From an archaeon (GTDB taxonomy: Archaea; Iainarchaeota; Iainarchaeia; Iainarchaeales; JANQMZ01), in assembly GCA_028279805.1 (NCBI GenBank), contig JANQMZ010000007.1:690001-722000 (forward strand): a DNA stretch of 32,000 nt, given 5' to 3'. Position numbers and translations under genes: made by a program. The notes under the pieces are model-generated. The model saw only the letters and a list, made by a program, of their open reading frames with translations. It made no database searches and had not been told where the DNA came from. Below are positions 8,861 through 18,987 of this stretch, in pieces. Positions within the stretch are counted from its first letter, which is position 1. The number at the start of each line of letters is the position of its first letter.

Positions 8861-9781
8861 ATGGCCAATTTAATGTTGTTTGCCGGTTCTGCTCATAAAG
8901 AACTGGCTGAAAAAATTTCTTCACACTTAAAATTAAAAATTGGCAAAACTGAAATAAGAAGATTTAAGGACGGGGAAATTTATGTAAGATTTATTGACAG
9001 TGTAAGAGGAAAAGATATTTTTATTTTACAGCCTTTGTGCAACCCTGTCAATGAAAACTGGGTTGAACTATTGTTAATGGTTGACGCGGCCAGAAGAGCT
9101 TCAGCAGGAAGAATAAATGTTGTAATTCCGTATTATGGTTATGCAAGACAGGACAGAACTTCTTTACCAAGAGAACCAATAAGTGCAAAAGTTGTTGCAG
9201 ACACTTTAAATGTTGCCGGAGCAGACAGATTAATATCAGTTGATTTACATTCTCCTCAAATTGAAGGATTTTACAATTTTCCTGTTGACCATTTAAGAGC
9301 CTTTAATGTTTTTTTGCCTTATCTTAAAAAAAAGAAAATTAAAAACATGGTTGTAGCTTCACCGGATGCAGGCGGGGCAAAATATGCAAAACTATATGCA
9401 AAAGAATTAAACTGCGGAATGGCTGTAATGAGCAAACACAGGACAAAAAAAGGAGAACCAAAAACAACTCACCTTGTTGGTGATGTTAAAAACAAAAATG
9501 TGTTAATTGTTGATGATTTAATAAGCACCGGAGGAACAATTGTTAATGCAATTGATCTGCTCAAAAAAGAAGGAGCCAAAGATGTTTATGTTGTTGCAAC
9601 ACACGGAGTGTTTTCCGAAAACGGGGATAAAAAAATTTTGTCAGCCAAAATAAAAGAATTAATTGTTACTGACACAATTCCTCAAAAAAAACTCTCAAAA
9701 AAATTCAAAGTTTTAAGCATTTCAAAACTTTTAGCGGACGCAATCAAAAGTGTTAACATTGAAAAAGCACTAACAGAATAA
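8861..9781 (+). CDS. prs: Ribose-phosphate pyrophosphokinase
   Basis: RFKDGEIYVRF, YYGYARQDRT, VDLHSPQIEGFYNFPVDHL, VLIVDDLISTGGTI (PRPP loop). Confidence 0.97.
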   Translation: MANLMLFAGSAHKELAEKISSHLKLKIGKTEIRRFKDGEIYVRFIDSVRGKDIFILQPLCNPVNENWVELLLMVDAARRASAGRINVVIPYYGYARQDRTSLPREPISAKVVADTLNVAGADRLISVDLHSPQIEGFYNFPVDHLRAFNVFLPYLKKKKIKNMVVASPDAGGAKYAKLYAKELNCGMAVMSKHRTKKGEPKTTHLVGDVKNKNVLIVDDLISTGGTIVNAIDLLKKEGAKDVYVVATHGVFSENGDKKILSAKIKELIVTDTIPQKKLSKKFKVLSISKLLADAIKSVNIEKALTE

Positions 9782-9887
9782 TTCAACATAACTATTCCTA
9801 ATAATTAAGCATCCAAATTTTTGAAAAGCTAACTTTTTATACCTTTTTGTTTTGAAATAATAAGTAAACTTTTTGCGTGTGAGTTGA

Positions 9888-10379
9888 ATGATTGTTCCCG
9901 GTGAAAATGCGGCATTCTTGGATAAAATAGACCACATTGTCCTAAAAGCTCTTTTGGAGGATGGGCGGGCAAGTTATAGTGCTATTGCCAAAGAAGCCGG
10001 CTTGACAGATGTGGCTATAAAAAAAAGAGTTGATTCTCTGAAAAGAAAAGGAATTCTTTCAGGAATTGTAGCCAGCATTAATTATGAAGTTTTGGGTTTT
10101 AGGAATCCTTTGTATGTTCAGATTCGTTCAGACATTTCCCAAAAAAAAGATTTGCTTAAAAAACTTAAATCAATTGACTATGTTGCTGAAATTTATGAAG
10201 TTTTAGGTGAATATAATTTTTTAGCAAAATTAATTCTGCCTGATGTTGGATATGCTAATCAATTTATCAAGGAAATGGAAACACTGCCAGCTGTTAAAGA
10301 CATTAAAACAATGGTTGTTGTGAATAATATTAAAAATTCTCCTACAATTCCCATGTCAACATTCCAAAAAAGGCTTTAG
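9888..10379 (+). CDS. Lrp/AsnC family transcriptional regulator
   Basis: LDHI..ALLEDGRASYSAIAKEAGLTDVAIKKRVDSLKRKGIL HTH followed by a RAM-like domain. Confidence 0.9.
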   Translation: MIVPGENAAFLDKIDHIVLKALLEDGRASYSAIAKEAGLTDVAIKKRVDSLKRKGILSGIVASINYEVLGFRNPLYVQIRSDISQKKDLLKKLKSIDYVAEIYEVLGEYNFLAKLILPDVGYANQFIKEMETLPAVKDIKTMVVVNNIKNSPTIPMSTFQKRL

Positions 10380-10410
10380 TTTTATTTTTTTTGATTCACT
10401 TATTATTTTT

Positions 10411-12462
10411 ATGATTTTAATAATTTCAGAAAAAGCAATTGCCGGAAGACGAATTGCTGAAATTTTATCAAACGGAAATTTTAAAGAAAAAAAAGAATCT
10501 GGGGCACTCTATTTCTATTTCAAAAAAGACAATAAAGATTTTATGGTTATTCCGTTAAGCGGCCATATAATGAATGTTCGTTTTGAAGATGGTTTTTCTT
10601 CATGGTCTATTAATACGCTGGAAAAATTAACAAATGCAAAAATTGAATATGCTGGAACGCAAAAAAGAATAATTTCCCTGATTAAAAAAAAGATTCCTGA
10701 AGCTGATGAAATTATTATTGCAACCGATGCAGACCGGGAAGGAGAGAGTATTGGTTTTGAAGTTTTAAGAATAGCCGATGAAATAAATAAAAAAATTAAA
10801 ATTAAGAGAGCAACTTTTTCAGCAATAACAAAAGAAGATATTAATGCTGCTTTTTCTGATTTGGGAAAAGTCAATGAAAATATTGCATCGTCTGCTGATG
10901 CAAGAAGAGAAATTGACTTAATCTGGGGTGCAGTTTTAACAAGATTTTTATCGGTTTCCTCAAAAAGGTTAGGTAAAAGTTTTTTAAGCGCGGGTCGTGT
11001 CCAGAGTCCTGTATTATCATTAATTGTCAAAAGGGAAAATGAAAGAAAAGCCTTTAAACCAACGCCTTACTGGGAAATAGAGGCAGAATTTGAAAAAGAT
11101 TCAAAAAAATTTAAAGGATTCCATTCTCATGGAAAATTTTCAAAACAATCTGAAGCCCAGAAAGTTTTGAAAAAAAAACAAAAAGAATGCATTGTTGATG
11201 AAATAAAAAAAAGAAAACGCATTCTGAAAAAGCCGATGCCTTTTAACACAACATCCTTTTTGGCAGCTGCAACCTCCATCGGCTTTTCAGCCGGAAAAGC
11301 AATGAGTGCAGCTGAATCATTATACCAAAAAGGCTTAACCTCTTATCCAAGAACTGATAATGCAGTTTACCCCAAAACAATTAATCTGAAAAAAATTGTT
11401 TTAATGATTTCAAAAATCAACAAACTAAAATCGTCTGCTGAAAAAATTCTGTCTCAAAAAAAAATAGAACCGTCAAGAGGCAAACTGTCAAAAGACCATC
11501 CTCCTATTTATCCTGTCGGCATTCCGAAACAGGAATTATCCACAGAGGAATGGAGAATTTATGAACTTATTTGCAGGCGTTTTCTGGCAACCTTGTCCGA
11601 AGATGCTTTAACGGAAAATCTTCTGGTTAAAATTTTAATGAAAGACGAACTTTTCACTTCTTCCGGTCAAACTTTTGTAAAAAAAGGCTGGAAAGAAGTT
11701 TATCCTTATTCAAAAGCAACTGAAATTTTTCTGCCAAAATTAAAAAAGGGAGACAAAGTTTTGCTTTTGGATTTAAAATTATTATCAAAAGAAACACAGC
11801 CAAAACCCCATTATTCCCAGGGCTCTTTGTTAAAATTAATGGCTGAACTTGAACTCGGAACAAAGTCAACAAGACATTCAATTATTCAAAAACTTTATTT
11901 CAGAAAATATATTTACGGAAGCAAAGCAATTAATGCAAACAATGTGGCTTTTGCTGTTATTGATGCTTTGGAAAAATTTAACAGCAAAATAACCGAGCCT
12001 GAAATGACAAAAGAACTTGAAAGAGAAATGGATTTGATTTCAGCAGGTAAAAAAGACAAAAAACAGGCTGTTCAGGAATCAAGAAAAATGCTTGAAATGG
12101 TTTTGAAGGAGTTGCTTGCCAACCGGGAAAAAATTTCAAAAACAATCAGAGAATCACTTAGAAATGATAAAATAATAGGTTCGTGCACGAGAAAAAACTG
12201 TGAAGGCCAGCTAATAATCCGAAAAAGCCGTTTTGGCAAAAGATTTTTAGGATGCACAACTTATCCGAACTGCACTCAAACCCATCCTTTGCCTCCAAAA
12301 GGCACCATAATAACGCTTGAAAAAATTTGCGAGTTTTGCCAAAAACCAATGCTTAAAATTTTGGGAAGAAGATATTCTTTTGAAATGTGCGTGGATATTG
12401 AATGCAATAAAAAACACCGGTTAAAAAAGAAGCAAAAAACTGCAAAAGCTAAAACTGAGTGA
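10411..12462 (+). CDS. topA: DNA topoisomerase I (archaeal type IA)
   Basis: ATDADREGESIGFEVL (Toprim), SAGRVQSPVLSLIVKRE, GLTSYPRTDNAVYP (catalytic Tyr), and C-terminal zinc-finger cysteines CTRKNC...CTTYPNC...CEFC. Confidence 0.96.
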   Translation: MILIISEKAIAGRRIAEILSNGNFKEKKESGALYFYFKKDNKDFMVIPLSGHIMNVRFEDGFSSWSINTLEKLTNAKIEYAGTQKRIISLIKKKIPEADEIIIATDADREGESIGFEVLRIADEINKKIKIKRATFSAITKEDINAAFSDLGKVNENIASSADARREIDLIWGAVLTRFLSVSSKRLGKSFLSAGRVQSPVLSLIVKRENERKAFKPTPYWEIEAEFEKDSKKFKGFHSHGKFSKQSEAQKVLKKKQKECIVDEIKKRKRILKKPMPFNTTSFLAAATSIGFSAGKAMSAAESLYQKGLTSYPRTDNAVYPKTINLKKIVLMISKINKLKSSAEKILSQKKIEPSRGKLSKDHPPIYPVGIPKQELSTEEWRIYELICRRFLATLSEDALTENLLVKILMKDELFTSSGQTFVKKGWKEVYPYSKATEIFLPKLKKGDKVLLLDLKLLSKETQPKPHYSQGSLLKLMAELELGTKSTRHSIIQKLYFRKYIYGSKAINANNVAFAVIDALEKFNSKITEPEMTKELEREMDLISAGKKDKKQAVQESRKMLEMVLKELLANREKISKTIRESLRNDKIIGSCTRKNCEGQLIIRKSRFGKRFLGCTTYPNCTQTHPLPPKGTIITLEKICEFCQKPMLKILGRRYSFEMCVDIECNKKHRLKKKQKTAKAKTE

Positions 12463-12466
12463 TTGT

Positions 12467-13267
12467 ATGGAAATTGAAATTTTTTTTGAAAAAAATCTGG
12501 AAAAAAATGCTTCAATGTATTTTGATAAAAGCAAAAAATTAAAACAAAAAGCCAAAAATATTGAACAGGCAATAAAACAAACTGAAAAAAAAATTGAAAA
12601 AGAAAAAAAAAGAAAATCAAAACTGAAACCAAAACCGGTTATTAAAAAAAGAAAAACAGAATGGTTTGAAAAGTTTCACTGGTTTTATTCAAGTGAAAAT
12701 TTTTTAATTGCAGGAGGCAGAGACGCATCTTCAAATGAAACTCTTGTAAAAAAATACATGAAAAAAGAAGATGTATACTTTCATGCAGATATTGTGGGAG
12801 CACCACATTGCATTATTAAAACTGAAAACAAAAAACCCGGTCAAAAAACTTTAAATGAGGCTGCAGGATTTGCAGCTTGTTTTAGCAAAGCGTGGAAAGA
12901 AGGAATTGCTTCAGTTGATGTTTATTCTGTTAAGCCTGAACAGGTTTCAAAAAAAGCACCAAGCGGTGAAGCTCTTGGAAAAGGAGCTTTTATGATCTAT
13001 GGTGAAAGAAAATGGTTTAAGAAAACTCCTTTGGATTTTTTCATAGGTTTTCAAAAAATTAAAAATATTTTCAGAATAATTTCCGGTCCCAAAGAAGCTA
13101 TTGAAAAACATTCAGATTTTGTTTTAAATGTAAAACAAGGTTCTGAAAAAAAAGGACTTGTTGCTAAAAAAATTAAAACATTTTTTGACAAAAAAGCGGG
13201 GCATAATTTTCCAATTGAAGAAGTTGAAAAAATGCTTCCTTCCGGAAAAATGGAGTTAAAGGCCTGA
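12467..13267 (+). CDS. NFACT-R domain protein (Rqc2/NEMF/RqcH-related, lacking NFACT-N)
   Basis: NASMYFDKSKKLKQKAKNIEQAI..T coiled coil plus WFEKFHWFYSSENFLIAGGRDASSNETLVKKYMKKEDVYFHADIVGAPHCIIK and GAFMIYGERKWFKK, the NFACT-R (DUF814) signature. The frame begins 4 nt after the topA stop. Confidence 0.88.
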   Translation: MEIEIFFEKNLEKNASMYFDKSKKLKQKAKNIEQAIKQTEKKIEKEKKRKSKLKPKPVIKKRKTEWFEKFHWFYSSENFLIAGGRDASSNETLVKKYMKKEDVYFHADIVGAPHCIIKTENKKPGQKTLNEAAGFAACFSKAWKEGIASVDVYSVKPEQVSKKAPSGEALGKGAFMIYGERKWFKKTPLDFFIGFQKIKNIFRIISGPKEAIEKHSDFVLNVKQGSEKKGLVAKKIKTFFDKKAGHNFPIEEVEKMLPSGKMELKA

Positions 13268-13330
13268 TTTTTTATTTTTTTGGGTTCAAATGAAGGTTTA
13301 AAAACTCTTTTGCTTGATTTTCCTATTGTT

Positions 13331-15502
13331 ATGCCGGAGAAAGATGTTCAGTTAAAAGTTCAGGATTCTGACCCGACACATGTGGGTAGAAATATTGTTA
13401 CTCTTGACAGGGAAACAAAGCAAAAAATAGGTGTTACTTCCGGGGACATTGTTGAAATAAGTGCCAAAAAAAGCACTGGGGCTGTTGTTTGGCCAGCTCG
13501 TCCTGAAGATGAGGGAAAAAGTGTTATTCGGATGGATAATTTTATCAGGCATAATGTTGGCGTTGGATTGGGGGATCATGTCGGTGTTAAAAAAGCTGAT
13601 TTTAAAGAAGCTCTTGAAGTTATTTTAGCTCCTACTGTTGATGTCAGAATTATTGCTTCCGGTTATAACAGAATTTTAAAAAAATCTTTTTTAGGCAGAC
13701 CTGTTTCCCAGGGTGACAATGTCTGGATTAGTGTTTTTGGTTCAGGTTTTGTTTACCGTGTTGTTAACACAAAACCAAAAGGAATTGTAAAAGTAACTGA
13801 TTTTACAAAATTTAATTTAAAAGAAAAACCTGTTGCTGATACTCTTGAAGGGGTTCCTCAGATTGCTTATGAGGACATTGGCGGTTTAAATGAACAGGTT
13901 AAAAAAGTAAAAGAAATGATTGAATTGCCAATGAGGCATCCTGAAATTTTTCAAAAACTTGGAATAATTCCTCCCAAAGGTGTTTTGTTATATGGCCCGC
14001 CGGGTACTGGTAAAACGCTTTTAGCCAAAGCGGTTGCAAATGAAAGCAATGCTCATTTCATTAATGTTTCAGCGCCAAGCATTATGAGTAAATTTGTTGG
14101 CGAAGCTGAGGAAAGATTAAGGCAGATTTTTAAAGAAGCTGAGGAAAATTCTCCGAGCATTATTTTTTTTGATGAAATTGATGCAATTGTTCCAAAAAGA
14201 GATGAAGTTATTGGGGAAGTGGAAAGGCGTGTTGTTGCACAGTTACTTTCTTTAATGGACGGACTGGAAGCAAGAGGTGATGTAATTGTTATTGCTGCTA
14301 CAAACAGAATTAATTCTCTGGATGAAGCTTTGAGAAGGCCCGGAAGATTTGACAGGGAAATTGAATTTGGTGTTCCTGATAAAAAGGGAAGGGAAATAAT
14401 TTTACAAATTCATACAAGGGGAATGCCTTTATCTAAAAATGTTGATTTGAAAGATTTGGCTTCAATAACCCATGGTTTTGTCGGGGCAGACCTGGAAGCT
14501 TTGGCAAAAGAATCGGCAATGAAGGCATTAAGGCGTTATTTGCCTGAAATTAATCTTGAAGAGGAATCAATTCCTGAAGAAGTTTTGGAAAAACTTCAGG
14601 TTACAAAAGAAGATTTTATGAATGCTTTTAAAGAGGTTCAGCCTTCCGCGTTAAGGGAAATAGCTGTTCAGGTTCCAAAAGTTTCGTGGAATGATGTCGG
14701 AGGCCTGGAAAGAGTAAAACAGGAGTTAAAACAGGCGGTTGAATGGCCTTTAAAAAAACCGAAAGTTTTTTCTGATATGGGAATAAGGCCCCCTAAAGGA
14801 ATTCTTTTATATGGTCCTCCCGGATGCGGTAAAACGCTTTTAGCCAAAGCGGTTGCAAATGAATCGCAGGCAAATTTTATTTCAGTCAAAGGGCCGGAAT
14901 TGTTGTCAATGTGGGTTGGTGAAAGCGAAAAAGGTGTAAGAAAACTGTTCAGAAAAGCAAGACAGGTTTCTCCCAGCATTATTTTTTTTGATGAAATTGA
15001 TTCCATTGCTACAAGAAGAGGGTCAAGTGTTTCAGGTGTTGGAGACAGAGTTCTGGACCAGATTTTAACAGAGGTTGACGGTTTATCTGATCTGAAAAAT
15101 GTTGTTTTTATTGGTGCGACAAACAGGCCTGACCTGGTTGACCAGTCTTTGATGAGACCCGGAAGAATTGACAAACTTGTTTTGGTCAGTTCCCCGGCTG
15201 AAAAAGAAAGACTTGAAATTTTAAAAGTGCATTCAAAAGGTGTTCCGCTTGCAAAAGATATTGATTTGAAGGAAATTGCAAAAATAACCGCAGGGCACAG
15301 CGGTGCTGATCTGGAGCAATTAATAAGGGAGGCTGCTTTGGATGCTATCGAAGAAAGTGATTTTAAAACTGTTAAAGTTAAAAACAAAAATTTTGAAAAA
15401 ATTTTGAAAAAATTAAAACCATCAATTGACAAAAAAAGCGAACAGTCTTACAAAGAATTCAAAGAACATGTTGTGGAATACAATCCTTCATATGTTGGCT
15501 GA
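13331..15502 (+). CDS. CDC48/VCP/VAT family AAA+ ATPase
   Basis: Two AAA modules: [30 protein letters not shown] and [31 protein letters not shown], with an N-terminal VAT-N-like domain. The tracked ORF starts with TTG at 13280; ATG at 13331 ([10 protein letters not shown]) is the likelier start. Confidence 0.96.
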   Translation: MPEKDVQLKVQDSDPTHVGRNIVTLDRETKQKIGVTSGDIVEISAKKSTGAVVWPARPEDEGKSVIRMDNFIRHNVGVGLGDHVGVKKADFKEALEVILAPTVDVRIIASGYNRILKKSFLGRPVSQGDNVWISVFGSGFVYRVVNTKPKGIVKVTDFTKFNLKEKPVADTLEGVPQIAYEDIGGLNEQVKKVKEMIELPMRHPEIFQKLGIIPPKGVLLYGPPGTGKTLLAKAVANESNAHFINVSAPSIMSKFVGEAEERLRQIFKEAEENSPSIIFFDEIDAIVPKRDEVIGEVERRVVAQLLSLMDGLEARGDVIVIAATNRINSLDEALRRPGRFDREIEFGVPDKKGREIILQIHTRGMPLSKNVDLKDLASITHGFVGADLEALAKESAMKALRRYLPEINLEEESIPEEVLEKLQVTKEDFMNAFKEVQPSALREIAVQVPKVSWNDVGGLERVKQELKQAVEWPLKKPKVFSDMGIRPPKGILLYGPPGCGKTLLAKAVANESQANFISVKGPELLSMWVGESEKGVRKLFRKARQVSPSIIFFDEIDSIATRRGSSVSGVGDRVLDQILTEVDGLSDLKNVVFIGATNRPDLVDQSLMRPGRIDKLVLVSSPAEKERLEILKVHSKGVPLAKDIDLKEIAKITAGHSGADLEQLIREAALDAIEESDFKTVKVKNKNFEKILKKLKPSIDKKSEQSYKEFKEHVVEYNPSYVG

Positions 15503-15505
15503 TTT

Positions 15506-16111
15506 TTAAAACAAAAATAAGAAAAAGAAAACTAACGGAAAAAAAACCAGTGCCCATATTTTAACATCCCATGCAATAACTTTGCTTCCGTCCAGCGGAA
15601 AAATAGGAAGCATGTTAAACATCGCCAAAAATAAATTGATTATAATTCCGAATCCGAACATTTTTCCAAAAAAACCAAAAGGAAAAAATGTAAATAACAA
15701 AAAGAATACTAATGCAATTATTATGTTTGTTATTGGCCCAGCAATTGATATTATTCCGTTTTGTTTTCTTGTAATATTCGGGCCGTAAATGTATACTGCG
15801 CCCGGAGCTGCAAACAAAAATTTGAAAGGAGTGAATAACGCCAGTAATCCTGTAAACAATGCAAGCATTAAACCCATTTTCCACATTCTGAATTCTGCGT
15901 GTGCCCCGTATCGTAAAGCAACGTGTTTGTGTGCCAGTTCATGAAAAATAAAACCGGTTCCTACCGCCACAAGTGAAATGATAAAAGCTTCTGCAAAATT
16001 TCTTATAAAAGGTGAAAATCCTCCGAACAAGTCGCTTGACTGAATTGCCGCAAAAGCAAGGCTTATCGTAACCCAGCTTATCATTAACTCGTTTCTCTCG
16101 GTTTTATTCAT
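15506..16111 (-). CDS. M50/site-2-protease-like membrane metalloprotease
   Basis: FIFHELAHKHVALRYGA (HExxH), FNMLPIFPLDGSKV (NxxPxxPLDG), several TM segments. Confidence 0.9.
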   Translation of the reverse strand: MNKTERNELMISWVTISLAFAAIQSSDLFGGFSPFIRNFAEAFIISLVAVGTGFIFHELAHKHVALRYGAHAEFRMWKMGLMLALFTGLLALFTPFKFLFAAPGAVYIYGPNITRKQNGIISIAGPITNIIIALVFFLLFTFFPFGFFGKMFGFGIIINLFLAMFNMLPIFPLDGSKVIAWDVKIWALVFFPLVFFFLFLF

Positions 16112-16183
16112 GTACTATCTACAAAACCAAGTATTTTAATTTTTTTTGAATTACAGTATTTAAATAAGCTGGGAGGTTGGTTT

Positions 16184-16363
16184 ATGGATAACAGGGCTCA
16201 GGTTTCTGTTGAGGTAATACTGGTACTGGCAGCTGTGGTTGCAGTTGTTTTATTACTGGTTTCACAATTACAGGCGACAGGCACTGAAGCAGCAGAAAAG
16301 GTAGGAAAAACTTCAGAAAATGTTTTTGAAAAAGTTGATGAAATTATAGACAGCCAAAAATAA
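16184..16363 (+). CDS. Class III signal-peptide pilin-like protein (59 aa)
   Basis: Hand translation: MDNRAQVSVEVILVLAAVVAVVLLLVSQLQATGTEAAEKVGKTSENVFEKVDEIIDSQK*. Good RBS-like GGGAGG upstream. The R-AQVSVE-hydrophobic pattern fits class III signal peptides. Confidence 0.8.
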   Translation: MDNRAQVSVEVILVLAAVVAVVLLLVSQLQATGTEAAEKVGKTSENVFEKVDEIIDSQK

Positions 16364-16366
16364 TAG

Positions 16367-16792
16367 GTGTTTTTTTTGAAAACAAATTTTGATACAAAAG
16401 CACAGGCATCGCTGGAATATCTTTTAACATTGCTTGCATTTTTTGCATTCATGCTTTTAATTTTTCCGGCAATAATAGCTTTTTACCACACATCGGTTTT
16501 TGCTTTGGATGTTTTGAATGCTAAAAATTTTTTAAACGATTTTTCTCAAAAAATTTCACAGGCAGAATTGCTTGGCAACGGAACAACTTTGGAAATAAAA
16601 ACACATGCTTTAACAAAATGGAAATTATCTTCCTCACAAGAATCTGTTGATTTAAAAGTTTTTTCAAAAGAACTTGGCAGTGAAAGAACGTTAAGTGAAA
16701 AAATTTTTTCTGAAATTTCACTCAATGAGCAAATAACCGGTTTTAAAAGTTTTATTATAACAAAACAGGATAATAAAATTTTTATCAATTAA
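16367..16792 (+). CDS. Class III signal-peptide pilin-like protein
   Basis: TK-AQASLEYLLTLLAFFAFMLLIFPAIIAF N-terminus, 141 aa. Confidence 0.8.
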   Translation: MFFLKTNFDTKAQASLEYLLTLLAFFAFMLLIFPAIIAFYHTSVFALDVLNAKNFLNDFSQKISQAELLGNGTTLEIKTHALTKWKLSSSQESVDLKVFSKELGSERTLSEKIFSEISLNEQITGFKSFIITKQDNKIFIN

Positions 16793-17150
16793 AAACTGAA
16801 ACTTTTATTTCTTTTTCTTCAAAAACCAAAAAAGGATTAATATGGGAAAAATTAATGCCGGCTGAAATTTCATCCCCTTCCTGCACACCTTTTTCTATTT
16901 TTTCATTGTTCAGTTGCACATATCCTCTTTTGTTGGGAAAAACAAATTCAAAATCTTTATACATTTCATTAATGCTGAATTTTTTTTCAATAATCCATAC
17001 TTTTGTCAGATCATGCTCAAGCTTTGTTATGTATAAAACATCGTTGTTTTTTTCATTTATCTGTGTTCCGCTTGCAAAAATGAAAACAAGCATTAAAATA
17101 ATGAGTCCTATTGACGCTTCTATTGAAAAACTCTGGGCTTTTTTATTCAT
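16785..17150 (-). CDS. Pilin-like protein with N-terminal hydrophobic segment
   Basis: MNKK-AQSFSIEASIGLIILMLVFIFASG, 121 aa. Confidence 0.72.
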   Translation of the reverse strand: MNKKAQSFSIEASIGLIILMLVFIFASGTQINEKNNDVLYITKLEHDLTKVWIIEKKFSINEMYKDFEFVFPNKRGYVQLNNEKIEKGVQEGDEISAGINFSHINPFLVFEEKEIKVSVFN

Positions 17151-17697
17151 TTTCGCAAACCTCTATCGAAATTTTTCCTTTTCTCAGAATAAAAATCTGT
17201 TTTATTATTACAAATCTTTCAACAGCAATACAATCACCCTCAATGTTTTTTTCAAAAATTTTTTCAGTTTCCCCATCACCAAACTCTATTTCGACTTTTT
17301 TCACGTCAATTATGTCAATTTTTGAAAAATCTGCTTTTTTAATCAAACCATAATCAATTTTGTTTTCAATAACCCTTTTCGTGTCGCTTTTATATGCTGA
17401 AAAATCAAACTCTAAACCCGATTCCAGAGGCAAAGCAATCCTTTCATCATAAACAGCTGAGCCTTTTTCCGGACTTGTTTCATTTCTGTTTTTTATTAAA
17501 GAATCCGATAATGAAATGGCTTTTCTGTAAAAAGAAAATTCTTTAACCTCGTTTAAATTTTCGTTTGTTAAAGAATTTACAGAATATGCAAAAATGTAAA
17601 GCATCAACAGCATTATTACAACAGCAATTCCCGCATCGATTGTGAAAGAAATTCCTCTTGAATTCGTTTTACCTGTAATGGTTTTTTGAATCAACAC
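17143..17697 (-). CDS. Pilin-like protein with N-terminal hydrophobic segment
   Basis: GKTNSR-GISFTIDAGIAVVIMLLMLYIFAYSV. The tracked ORF starts at 17757 with ATG; a GTG start at about 17697 after GGAG reduces overlap with the upstream gene. The start is uncertain. Confidence 0.68.
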   Translation of the reverse strand: MLIQKTITGKTNSRGISFTIDAGIAVVIMLLMLYIFAYSVNSLTNENLNEVKEFSFYRKAISLSDSLIKNRNETSPEKGSAVYDERIALPLESGLEFDFSAYKSDTKRVIENKIDYGLIKKADFSKIDIIDVKKVEIEFGDGETEKIFEKNIEGDCIAVERFVIIKQIFILRKGKISIEVCENE

Positions 17698-18031
17698 GCA
17701 GTTCCACTCCTTTTTCATTCTGAATTTTTTCAATTTTTTTTGTAAGAGTTTTTGCAAAAATTTTCCTGTTTAAAGAATTAACATAAACTTTTTGCTCTTC
17801 ATCAATCATGCATCCGGCTTCAGTTTTCGCATTAATGCTGTCAATAAAAATGGTATCAATTTTAAATGCACAGGATTCGGACAGAGCTTTTGATTTAAGC
17901 CCTTCTGCACCCAGTAAAAAATTTTCCTGCCCTTTCACTACTCCAACTAAAATTATGAGAATTATAAAAACAATTATTGCAAAAGCAATAACAGCTTCAA
18001 TCACTATCTGGCCCTTTTGGTGCAACAGCAA
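17669..18031 (-). CDS. Pilin-like protein with class III-like signal peptide
   Basis: MLLHQK-GQIVIEAVIAFAIIVFIILIILVGVVKG, 120 aa. Confidence 0.75.
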   Translation of the reverse strand: MLLHQKGQIVIEAVIAFAIIVFIILIILVGVVKGQENFLLGAEGLKSKALSESCAFKIDTIFIDSINAKTEAGCMIDEEQKVYVNSLNRKIFAKTLTKKIEKIQNEKGVELRVDSKNHYR

Positions 18032-18572
18032 TCACCTTTTTGTTATATCCCGGGGGAAAAACAAAAATTGAGGAAACGTTTCCCGAATCAATTTTTCCCC
18101 CGACTGAAAGCTCTTTTAAAATATCTCCCGGAAAAGACACCTCGACAATATAAATGTCAACGTGCGGCACAAAAATGTTCAAAAGTTTTGAATCCACTTT
18201 CATTTTCTCTTCAATTGTTTTGCTTGATATTTTTTCATCAGTTTTTTCCATTTGTGTATAATTTATTACAGAAAAATCAATATTTTCATTTTCTTTTTTT
18301 TTAAAAAATTTAATTAATTGTTCTGAAATTTCTTTTTTTATTTTTTCAGGATTTTTTGTTTTTAAAATTTCTTTCTGAACAGTTTTTTCAATTAAATGAT
18401 CTGCGTTTTCTTCCAATGCAAATCTTTTAAGTGAAGCATTTTCTGATGATAAGGAAAATAAAAGAGAGTCATTTATTGAATTTGTGCTGAATGTTTTGCT
18501 TCCTGTAACCAAAAAGTGGGTGAATATCAGCATGGCTGCCAGTAATGTTGTCAGTAAGCCTTTTGCATTCAT
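17997..18572 (-). CDS. Predicted secreted or membrane-anchored protein in the pilin-like cluster
   Basis: MNAK-GLLTTLLAAMLIFTHFLVTGSK N-terminus followed by a 165-aa soluble region. AGAGAG-type RBS-like sequence upstream. Confidence 0.68.
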   Translation of the reverse strand: MNAKGLLTTLLAAMLIFTHFLVTGSKTFSTNSINDSLLFSLSSENASLKRFALEENADHLIEKTVQKEILKTKNPEKIKKEISEQLIKFFKKKENENIDFSVINYTQMEKTDEKISSKTIEEKMKVDSKLLNIFVPHVDIYIVEVSFPGDILKELSVGGKIDSGNVSSIFVFPPGYNKKVIAVAPKGPDSD

Positions 18573-18623
18573 TCAACCAACTCTCTTTTGGAATAATGAA
18601 AGAAAAAAAATTTAATGGGTTTG

Positions 18624-18845
18624 TCAGGCGTTGATTGTAAATGTTTTTACAACTTCGCATTCTTTTTCTTCTTTTAATGCTTTTTCCACTCCTTCTTTTC
18701 CAACCCAGTAAATAGTGAAAGAGCCCAGTATTATTATCATCCAAAGCTGGAAAGGAAGGTCTAAAAGCAGTCCCTTGAATAGTCCTAAAACGGTTGAAAT
18801 AACCCCTAAAAGTTCTACCATTTTGAATTTTTTCTTTTTGTTCAT
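18624..18845 (-). CDS. Small membrane protein, unknown function (73 aa)
   Basis: MNKKKKFKMVELLGVISTVLGLFKGLLLDLPFQLWMIIILGSFTIYWVGKEGVEKALKEE; strong GGAGG upstream of the start. Confidence 0.65.
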   Translation of the reverse strand: MNKKKKFKMVELLGVISTVLGLFKGLLLDLPFQLWMIIILGSFTIYWVGKEGVEKALKEEKECEVVKTFTINA

Positions 18846-18987
18846 AACAATTACCTCCTTTCAATTTACCACCGTAAACATTTCTCTTTACAAGATAAAA
18901 TACTTTTTTGTTAAAATGCACTCTATAATTATAAAAAATTGTGCTATCCGTTAGTTTTTTATGTTTTATTCACCATAAGAAGTTATT

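Noticed and set aside
10515-11030. 171-aa minus-strand ORF
   Set aside because: Antisense to the topA Toprim region; no recognisable motif.
14668-15432. 254-aa minus-strand ORF
   Set aside because: Entirely antisense to the second AAA module of CDC48, which is unmistakable by Walker motifs. The antisense product is serine/phenylalanine-rich and looks like a codon-bias artefact.
18469-18921. 150-aa minus-strand ORF
   Set aside because: Overlaps the more plausible 73-aa membrane protein (good RBS) and the pilin-cluster protein in another frame; its composition is not protein-like.
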